From: a virus
IMG/VR virus record: IMGVR_UViG_3300020383_000006
Span: 64,001 to 128,000 of that record
Length of the DNA: 64,000 bases
Strand: one strand, 5' to 3'
Below the pieces are notes generated by a model. That model ran no database searches, was not told the origin of the DNA, and worked only from the letters and a program-made list of their open reading frames with translations. Shown here piece by piece: positions 57,201 through 64,000 of the stretch. Made by a program: the position numbers and the translations under genes. Numbering within the stretch: the stretch's first letter is position 1; each line of letters starts with the position of its first letter.

Positions 57201-60200
57201 TACCGTCCGATCCATCTTCAGATAATATTTCTGGAGAAGTCCACTCAGAACTAGAAATAGTATCAGTATTAGAACGACTAGAAGCTGTGGCAACTGTTAC
57301 CCATAATGGATTGCCATTTTTACTAGGCATAGTTTTGCTCCAACCTGATGGAGCATTCCAAGATTTCGTAGAAAACGTATATGAAACGTTTGTGCTAACT
57401 GGGCTAGGACTAGAAGCTGATCTTGTATACAAATAAAGGGTAGCTTGGTTATACCCGTCTACGCCATTAACTCCATCAGTACCGTCTTCACCCTTATCAC
57501 CTTTTTCACCTTTAACTTTACTAACTTCCCAAGGTTGTTCTTGGTTATCAATAATTCTTCTTGTCGCCATCCATATAGTATTCTCAGAAGCAGTAGATGA
57601 CCAACCTGCAGAATTACTTAATGGCGTTCCTGGTGCTTCCAAAATAGAACTGTATTGAACTTCAAAATCAGATGTATTGGTTAGCTTCTGTGGTTCTGTC
57701 CAATTATTTTCTTGTGGTGATTGACCATCATCAGTGAAAATTCTAGTTGATTGCCATAAAGGATTTTGACCTGAAGGGACTCCGTCACTCCAACCACTTG
57801 GTACAGGTGATGAATAAGAACCACCACTAGGGACAGAAGGCTTAGAGGTAGCACGTTTAAACACAATGGATTTAAACGAACTTTGTCCAACGTTACCCGT
57901 TACACCTTGCTTAGATTTTGAGATGGTGTAACTTTTTGTTATTGTTGTCCCTTCAAACGTTGCAGATAATTCAAACGTTTCAGAATCAGAACTCCATGAA
58001 GAACCGGATAACGTATAATTACCGCTCGTATCTATAGAAATGGATAGACCGTTTTTAGTTGTTGATCCGCTATAACTAACACCTGATGTTACTTTATTAG
58101 ATCCTTTGAATATTTCAAAAGTACCACCTGAACTAGCAAGGGAATATGAATCACCTGAACTATTCGCTGATACAATATGACTTTCATTAGAAAGGTATCC
58201 AATTATATTTTTAGAACCATCAACTAATCTTACAACCGTTATTTCATCAGATAAACCATCTTTAGAAGCAGTAACAGTAACTGATTGGTTGTTGCCGAAT
58301 TCATTTACGTCTAATGTTTTGTTTCCATTGGTATCAGTACCGAACGTTAACGACCTATTATTATAAAAAGATAATGACCCGTCTAAATTAGATTCTTGGA
58401 CAGTAAACGTTATTAATTGGTTACTTGGGTCGGCATTATTATCCCCATCAAAATGGAAAGATTGTGAATCTGAACTAAGTTTTAAAACCTTAGCGTTTTC
58501 TCCTTTCTGCCCTTCTTTAGACTTAGATAAAGAGAATTGCTTAGTGATCGTGGTTCCTTCATAAGAAGCTGATATATCAAAAACTTCAGATTCAGTAGAC
58601 CATGAACTTCCGCTGACAGAATATGAACCATCAGAACCAACGTTCAATACTAATCCATTTTTGGTTGCGTCACCACTAAATGAAGCCGATGAAGTAACTT
58701 CTTCAGAACCTTTAAATATTCTAAATTGTCCCGAAGCACCAGAAAAACTTATAGGTGTACCGTTCGGAGTAGCACTGATATTGTGGCTCTCATTTGATAA
58801 GAAACCTGTTATAACTTCTGAACCATCTTCTAATCTAACGATTGTTATTTCATCAGAAAGCCCATCTTGAGTAACAGTCACTGTCACATAATTATTAGAC
58901 CCAAAAGAAGAAACAGGGATATTAATTTGATTTGTTGAATCATTAAAATATGTAATTCCTGGGTCAGTAGAAAATGACGGTGAACCATTTAGATTAGAAG
59001 ATTGTGTGTATAAGGCAATTTGTTGACCTGTAGGGTCAGGTTCGCCGTCTCCATTATATCTAAACGCTTGGGCACTAGCAACCAGTTTTAATGATTTAGC
59101 ATTATCACCTTTTTCACCTTTAATTAATGAAACGTTCCAAGGTTTAGGTTCACCGTTTTCAATTTTTCTTTGTGCTAACCAATTTGTAGAATTAGTTGCA
59201 TTATCCAACCAATTAGTAGGATTATCATCTGGGTTACCAGGATTACTACTTTGTGAAATTTCACTGTATTTAAAAATATTGTTTTCAGTTGTAGCAATTT
59301 CTCTAGGTGTAGTCCAGCTTGATTGTTGCGGTGATTCACCGTCATCAGTAAAGATACGGGTTGTTTGCCACAACTTAGCTTCGCCTGTAGGAATACCGTC
59401 TGACCAACCGTTTGGTAAAGGATCAGAGTATGAACCGCCTGTTGGGGTGGCTGGCGTAACATTAGAACGTAAAAATGCAATAGATTTAAACGTACTTTGG
59501 CTATCCGGTGATTTAAAGTTAGAAGGTGATGACCAAGTAGAACCAGCCGCGAATTGTGTACCATCAGCAATTTTTGTTGAAGTAATAACCCAAACTTTAC
59601 CAACTGTATTCGGTGGTGTTAAGCTCCACCCATTAGGTTCTAATGCAGTAGGTGTGGCTGGTTGTGTTTCAGAAGCTTTATATCTGAATTCAACGTAATT
59701 ACCGTCTAATGCACGAATGTCATTTTCACCGCCTACTTCATATCCGTCATTTTGTAGACGTAATTTACCTTTTATGACTAGTGTATCTTCCGCTTCGTCA
59801 TAATACAAACGGTCACTATTTTGTACAGTAACTTTAAACCCTTTATTCGCAACGGCATTACCAAACTTATCAACATAAAATACTGAGTTCGCTTGGTTAA
59901 TTCCACCTGATAGAGAATCATCACCGTACCAATAAGGGAAATTATCATCACCAATAACGACTCTTACTCCAGGATCAGATTCAGTCGTGATAGTTGAACC
60001 AACAACTGTACCACCTGTAACTGTACCACCCAGAATATTAGGTGATGAAATAGAACTCCCAACGGCTAAATCACCGTCAAATACCATTCTTCTTTCGTTG
60101 GTATTAAGATATAAAGCATTGATTAAATTATCGCTGTTGTCATAATAATTAACACTGAATGTATCGGCAATCACTGAAAAATCAGAAGTTGAACCATCGT

Positions 60201-61647
60201 TCGTATTAATAAACCCTGATACATATCCATCAACATCAGTTAATACCGCTCCGCGTGCTATTACCCCGCCGTCTTGAGTACTTTCAAATGCTTCTGCGAT
60301 TTGTGACACTCTAGCTGTTTGTCCATCAGCGGTAGTAACCCCAACCTTTCTGACAGCTGTAGATAATGGGGAACCGACCCATTCACCGCCTTGTAAAGAG
60401 CATTCGTCAGGTGTTTCCGCTGAAGTAGGTGAACCATCAATTTGACAATAACCGACTCTAGAATTTAACTCATCAGTTGCATCAGCTCTAGCGTAACCAA
60501 TTTCAGCGTCTAATTGTGTTATATCAGAAGCCAACGCTTGGTAGTTATTTGAAACGGTAATTTGTAAAGAATCTAATTCTGAAGTGATAATATAATTTTC
60601 GGTAGCAAAAACTGTATCCAATTCAGTTATAGATTTTGCAATAGCGCCATTAGGACCTGTTAATGTTACTAAGTCCTGAACTGCCAATGCAAGCTGAGTT
60701 CCTTCTTCCACTGCACCTAATCTATATAATCCGACATCAATCTCAGTCAGAGCTTGCTGAATCTCTTTACTAAGGATTCTATCTTCATTATTAGATATTC
60801 TTGTTTGTGTTGAGGTAAGGGTAGTTGTTTGTTGTGCTAAGGAACTATTTAAATCAGAAACAGTTCTTTCTACTGTATCAACGCTTGCTATAGAAGCATA
60901 TTCTTCGGCAACAAAAGATAATAGATTATCTTCTGATTGAGCAATTGCCCCACCAGGACCTGTTATGGCTGTATCTAATTCAGATATTGCCGCGTTTCTT
61001 TGGTATTGTTCGTCATCAATTTGTGATTCTAAATCAGTGCGTGTTTGTGCTATCGCTTCATCTTGATAAACTAGGGTAGTTTGTATGTTAGAAATTTCAG
61101 CTTGGCGATAAGAAGCTTCATCATTTAATTCAGCCGTTAATTCTTCTCTGGTTTGAGTAATGGCAAACTCATTATCAGCGACAGAAACAGCAAGGTTTTC
61201 TAATCCAGCTAACACATAATTATCACCGTCGATAATTTGTGCTTCTAGATTAGATTGTACGTAATCAATTTCCCCTTGGAAATAGTTTTGGTTGTCAATA
61301 ATATCATCAATAGTCATAGAAAAACTTTCAACTCTATCATTAACTTCATTGACTTTGTCGTTAGCTTCTGTTTCTATACGTTCAATTTCATTATTAAACA
61401 ATGAAAATCGGTCGTCAACGTCTTGAATCGTGTAATCAATTAAGCTATTAATTTCGGAAATGTCATAATTTAAATCATCAACGTATTGCGAAATTTCATA
61501 TTGAATCGCATCGTTAAGTTGAGAAGCTATTTCTGAATTGGAAAGGTTAAAGTTTCCTTCGTGATAAACTTCATTACCACCTTCAGCAAACATTTTACCG
61601 TCGGCGGCAAGCGTACCTTTAATTTGAGTATCTTTTAACTGAGCCAT
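54235..61647 (-). CDS. Giant modular tail fibre / host-specificity protein (2470 aa) with collagen-like linkers
   Basis: N-terminal coiled coil; GYVSGF...SDFSVIADTF (lambda gpJ/DUF1983-like); duplicated domains; GEKGDKGDKGDKGDRG linkers. Confidence 0.85.
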   Translation of the reverse strand: MAQLKDTQIKGTLAADGKMFAEGGNEVYHEGNFNLSNSEIASQLNDAIQYEISQYVDDLNYDISEINSLIDYTIQDVDDRFSLFNNEIERIETEANDKVNEVNDRVESFSMTIDDIIDNQNYFQGEIDYVQSNLEAQIIDGDNYVLAGLENLAVSVADNEFAITQTREELTAELNDEASYRQAEISNIQTTLVYQDEAIAQTRTDLESQIDDEQYQRNAAISELDTAITGPGGAIAQSEDNLLSFVAEEYASIASVDTVERTVSDLNSSLAQQTTTLTSTQTRISNNEDRILSKEIQQALTEIDVGLYRLGAVEEGTQLALAVQDLVTLTGPNGAIAKSITELDTVFATENYIITSELDSLQITVSNNYQALASDITQLDAEIGYARADATDELNSRVGYCQIDGSPTSAETPDECSLQGGEWVGSPLSTAVRKVGVTTADGQTARVSQIAEAFESTQDGGVIARGAVLTDVDGYVSGFINTNDGSTSDFSVIADTFSVNYYDNSDNLINALYLNTNERRMVFDGDLAVGSSISSPNILGGTVTGGTVVGSTITTESDPGVRVVIGDDNFPYWYGDDSLSGGINQANSVFYVDKFGNAVANKGFKVTVQNSDRLYYDEAEDTLVIKGKLRLQNDGYEVGGENDIRALDGNYVEFRYKASETQPATPTALEPNGWSLTPPNTVGKVWVITSTKIADGTQFAAGSTWSSPSNFKSPDSQSTFKSIAFLRSNVTPATPTGGSYSDPLPNGWSDGIPTGEAKLWQTTRIFTDDGESPQQSSWTTPREIATTENNIFKYSEISQSSNPGNPDDNPTNWLDNATNSTNWLAQRKIENGEPKPWNVSLIKGEKGDNAKSLKLVASAQAFRYNGDGEPDPTGQQIALYTQSSNLNGSPSFSTDPGITYFNDSTNQINIPVSSFGSNNYVTVTVTQDGLSDEITIVRLEDGSEVITGFLSNESHNISATPNGTPISFSGASGQFRIFKGSEEVTSSASFSGDATKNGLVLNVGSDGSYSVSGSSWSTESEVFDISASYEGTTITKQFSLSKSKEGQKGENAKVLKLSSDSQSFHFDGDNNADPSNQLITFTVQESNLDGSLSFYNNRSLTFGTDTNGNKTLDVNEFGNNQSVTVTASKDGLSDEITVVRLVDGSKNIIGYLSNESHIVSANSSGDSYSLASSGGTFEIFKGSNKVTSGVSYSGSTTKNGLSISIDTSGNYTLSGSSWSSDSETFELSATFEGTTITKSYTISKSKQGVTGNVGQSSFKSIVFKRATSKPSVPSGGSYSSPVPSGWSDGVPSGQNPLWQSTRIFTDDGQSPQENNWTEPQKLTNTSDFEVQYSSILEAPGTPLSNSAGWSSTASENTIWMATRRIIDNQEQPWEVSKVKGEKGDKGEDGTDGVNGVDGYNQATLYLYTRSASSPSPVSTNVSYTFSTKSWNAPSGWSKTMPSKNGNPLWVTVATASSRSNTDTISSSEWTSPEILSEDGSDGSDGSDGVDGYNTATIYLYKRTSYGGSPGIVNNTTTYNFSNGSLSNLDTDWSKTAPDNSEGPVLWVTQATAFSRNTTDSIPSSEWSAPVVLSIDGVDGSNGSDGNDGASVLVVYATNSSGSNQSLSQGSREFVQYVEYTGNQPSLPVSGTFVRFIGTDGQDGQDGNDGQSIWPIYAEDEAGSNQSFSEAGKTWVTFYESVNQPSLPVSGQTFVRYVGDDAVGNYSDYFKTLPQNNGWISTSGSGEMTLDNDSFTGGTSVKIGNNSGNDQRWMVNNRSIPYDPNKKYKITVVAKQTAGNGTAYFGVAGRNQTDTGYVNNNGDDSTSSQYYVAASSENVPSEWTTYEGYFSGKSANSSGNGTIDNPNTLRDNAYFFRPLFIVNYSSDTGITLIDSFTIEVVGEKGDTGQSSFKSIVFKRTNGTPSTPSGGSYSSPVPSGWSDGVPSGEAKLWQSTRIFTNDGASPQQSGWTTPRQLTNTADFQVQYSSVENSPGNPGTDPGNWSSSSSTSTIWMATRKIENGTASSWDLNKVKGEKGDKGDKGDKGDRGLPGTDGTDGTSVLVVYATNSSGSNQSLTEGTREFVQYVEYVGTKPSLPVGGTFVRFKGRDGSDGSDGQDGNDGQSIWPIYADNSSGSGQSFSGTGKEWVTFYESVNQPNLPVSGQTFVRYIGQDGQDGQDGSNGTDGQDGATGPGFFGGTYSSISWSLGYSRFTNIAGRNPVPNDIFVQTRSDGTDSQARKRNSANNDWEAVGLMVNGDIIASGTVGGDRLIAGTMISGPVIRGGKVEMIGSNYMKVQAANSFGPNNLIEWYGERNSNTWNSSGPRYGNLTKANAITYLDDQGGAYFGGSITAGTLKNAIQNSTIGSPVDVVLGPFGSNGGIIEIKSSIAVSAFRDIPNGGQPVGIGDPTATLKLYRQTSSGEILVSSHTIQGSYIAYGGTIKYKEEWNLNGSFTFTDSLQTTTNRTYRLEVTHSVPTYDNTQRLSIISEEA

Positions 61648-61696
61648 TTTTACCCTAAATTTTTACTTAAAAAGCATTATATTTAAGATATTTATA

Positions 61697-62494
61697 TTAC
61701 TCAATAAAAAGTTTAAACCCTGCTGGAGCTAAATTATTTCTAATGTATTCAGCGTAGTCATTTATTTGTTGATTTGTTCTAACCACAAAAGAATATACTG
61801 AGTAATAATAACTATCTTGTAATAATGAATTGTTTGACAGGTGACTTTTTTCTGTTATATAAAACCCTTGCGTTTTTTCTGAATTTTGTATAACATTAAA
61901 CGTATTATCACCGATTTGTATCGTATCCCCAATACTGTAAGTTGTTTTTGGTTTAACGAATATTAACTCTATTGTTTCATTTCCTGGAGTTACATCACTT
62001 ACAAAATTATAACGATCTAAGTAGGCTTCTCCATTATTCATTATTTGTTCATCAGGCAATACGCCTTCATAATCTACAACCACAAGGTATTCATCATTTA
62101 CATAACGGGATTCCGATAAAGAAAATATATCATCTTTCGGGTTATAGAATTCTAGATCATTATCCCCAATTAGTGCCTTTATCAAAAATTGATAAGAAAG
62201 TCTAGAACCTCTAGAAGCGTTAAACTTCTTAGATAACTTAATTAATAATTCTTTAATATCAGTTGTGTCTTGTTTAGGTAAAGACCCCAGATATTCTCGC
62301 TCCATTAATTCTACGTACTTATCAAGCGGTTCTTCAAAAGATAATCTTTTTGTGTGACGCTTAATATTGTATTGTGCATTATCCGGTTGGGAACACCATT
62401 CATAATAAGCAACCAAAAAATCCACGAACCTAGGATTATTCCTTAAAATATGTTTCGGGATTTGCGAAATAATTTTATTTTTAGTAGAGATCAT
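61697..62494 (-). CDS. 7: Compact baseplate wedge subunit, gp7-like
   Basis: PRFVDFLVAYYEW, SRGSRLSYQFL, LQDSYYYSVYSF, PAGFKLF; follows gp6. Confidence 0.75.
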   Translation of the reverse strand: MISTKNKIISQIPKHILRNNPRFVDFLVAYYEWCSQPDNAQYNIKRHTKRLSFEEPLDKYVELMEREYLGSLPKQDTTDIKELLIKLSKKFNASRGSRLSYQFLIKALIGDNDLEFYNPKDDIFSLSESRYVNDEYLVVVDYEGVLPDEQIMNNGEAYLDRYNFVSDVTPGNETIELIFVKPKTTYSIGDTIQIGDNTFNVIQNSEKTQGFYITEKSHLSNNSLLQDSYYYSVYSFVVRTNQQINDYAEYIRNNLAPAGFKLFIE

Positions 62495-62497
62495 TGA

Positions 62498-64000
62498 TTA
62501 AACCTCTTCTACTGTCGAACCAACAATATCTATATAGAAATTATTGTTAGCGTATATATTTTCATTTTCCGGTTTAGCTTCAATTTCTATAACTGGAGCA
62601 TCTTGAATCATGTTCATTGAAAATTGAACAACGCCTTGTTGGTAATCAACGCTACCAACTTGTTTATTCACAGAAACATTATTTTCTATATATTCTAATA
62701 AAATATCACCGTCAACATCGTATAACATATGTTCCGTTGCGTTAGAATTAACAATAAAGTTTTCCATTATAACGGAACCGCTTTTAATCGGGTTATTAAA
62801 ATCAATTTTATAAAAAGCACCGTTTGATCTATTAACTTCTATATCAATTAGCACCTTGGGATATATTTCAATATATTCTAATCCTTGAATTGATTTAGCT
62901 CTAGCAGTTAATTCTGAATCATTGAAATATCCGGAAAAATTATTTAATTCTTTTTCGTTATAGTTGTTAATAATAGACTGAACATCAGCCCATATTTGGT
63001 TAAATGTTTTGTTTGTGCTTGAGTAATCAACTTTTATTTTGTTTTCTAACTCAATAGAAATCTTTTTAGGTTCAACAAATTTAAGGTCAACTGAACCAAC
63101 ATAATAATCTTCAAAGAAACTATTGATATTTTCTTCTATGGATCTAGTAATGATTTCGTCATTCTTCAGGATTGCACTATAATACACTCTTCCATTACCA
63201 GACCAAAACTTAGAAGATTTAATCGCATATCCCGATTGTTTTAACAATAAGGAATAATCAGAAATTGACAATGATCTTTCCTGTGCTTCATAAGCTCTAG
63301 GCGCGTTAAAACGTATTTCTTCTATAGATTCTTTATCTTGACCGCCACTCGCTTTTTCTGAAACATTAACTATGGCGTTAGAATACCCTTCTATTGTAGA
63401 AATCAAAGAAAAACTATTAGCACCGTTAGCAAAATTGTCTTCACAAACAATATACTCTAGCGTTACAACTGAAGAATCAGTCGGTTCATTTCCTAATCTA
63501 TCTTTACCAAACTCAATATAATATTTTCCAGAAGAATCTTCAGAAATAAAGTACAAATTAGAATTATTAACAATATCTTTTATTGAACTTGCTCTGGTAT
63601 ATGACGTAACGCTTCCTGAGGAGTCCGCTACAACGTTTAACGTATCTATATCAGCTAGGTTATTAGGGATATAAATTTTATCGCCTTTAAGGTGCGTTGA
63701 GCGCGTTACAGTCAATGTTCCTTGAAACAATTCAACATCATTAACAACATATTGATTAGAACCATTAAGTGCTAATGTGTATGGTTGCATTGTGGTGAAC
63801 GTATAAGTTTCACCATCATACATTGATACGAACTTTGTACCCTTTGGTGCAACAATAGAACTCGGTAAAGAAGTTGTTACTTCAGGAACGACCGTTAAAT
63901 CAACTTTTGCTTTAGAACAATTTGTTGATCTAGGCAAGTAAGAAAGTTTTTGTGCTTGTGAGGAAACGTTTCCACGAACTTGTGCCGTCTGTATAAATGA
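62498..64000 (-). CDS. 6: Baseplate wedge subunit gp6 (5' end outside the window)
   Basis: Frame is open to the window edge (SFIQTAQVRGNVSSQAQKLSYLPRS); YYIEFG, GGQDKESIEEIRFNAP..Y.AQER. Confidence 0.92.
   Translation of the reverse strand, partial: SFIQTAQVRGNVSSQAQKLSYLPRSTNCSKAKVDLTVVPEVTTSLPSSIVAPKGTKFVSMYDGETYTFTTMQPYTLALNGSNQYVVNDVELFQGTLTVTRSTHLKGDKIYIPNNLADIDTLNVVADSSGSVTSYTRASSIKDIVNNSNLYFISEDSSGKYYIEFGKDRLGNEPTDSSVVTLEYIVCEDNFANGANSFSLISTIEGYSNAIVNVSEKASGGQDKESIEEIRFNAPRAYEAQERSLSISDYSLLLKQSGYAIKSSKFWSGNGRVYYSAILKNDEIITRSIEENINSFFEDYYVGSVDLKFVEPKKISIELENKIKVDYSSTNKTFNQIWADVQSIINNYNEKELNNFSGYFNDSELTARAKSIQGLEYIEIYPKVLIDIEVNRSNGAFYKIDFNNPIKSGSVIMENFIVNSNATEHMLYDVDGDILLEYIENNVSVNKQVGSVDYQQGVVQFSMNMIQDAPVIEIEAKPENENIYANNNFYIDIVGSTVEEV

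Noticed and set aside
39728-61647. Diversity-generating retroelement or invertible tail-fibre cassette
   Set aside because: No reverse transcriptase or recombinase in the window, no inverted alternative tips, and no repeat pair that I could see differing only at adenines.
1-64000. tRNA, rRNA or other structured ncRNA genes
   Set aside because: Intergenic gaps are short and explained by promoters and terminators; no cloverleaf was seen by eye. tRNAscan-SE or Infernal would be needed to exclude them.
1-64000. Alternative genetic code / stop-codon reassignment
   Set aside because: Core genes are full length under the standard code, and TAA, TGA and TAG all end genes at the expected positions.

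Overview
A 64-kb segment of a lytic T4-like (Tevenvirinae/Ackermannviridae-style) myophage genome, arranged as two convergent transcription blocks that meet at a bidirectional terminator near 17,280. The plus strand (1-17.3 kb) carries early and replication genes: a Pol-beta-family nucleotidyltransferase, a DexA-like exonuclease, a five-gene putative DNA hypermodification cassette, gp43 polymerase, uvsX, gp41 helicase and small unknown ORFs. The cassette encodes a TET/JBP dioxygenase, a glycosyltransferase, a HAD-phosphatase/kinase fusion, an HxGH nucleotidyltransferase and a MazG-like pyrophosphatase. uvsX is fractured by a naturally split intein, with a free-standing GIY-YIG endonuclease gene between the two halves. 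The minus strand (17.3-64 kb) is the late morphogenesis block under TATAAATA/AATAAATA promoters: gp6 (partial), gp7, a ~22-kb modular array of tail-fibre and LamG proteins, gp8, a VrlC-like protein, endolysin and holin candidates, gp13-gp23, and a Hef-like endonuclease. Three ORFs with T4 internal-protein capsid-targeting leaders sit between gp21 and gp22. Top findings: (1) a split-intein uvsX whose endonuclease appears gated by a hairpin and a late promoter; (2) a TET + glycosyltransferase cluster with its own apparent activated-sugar pathway; (3) the same C-terminal VSLF peptide on the glycosyltransferase and the polymerase, suggesting clamp-tethered DNA modification; (4) the capsid-targeted cargo cassette; (5) a branched fibre/LamG docking network. 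All calls come from reading motifs; no database searches were run.
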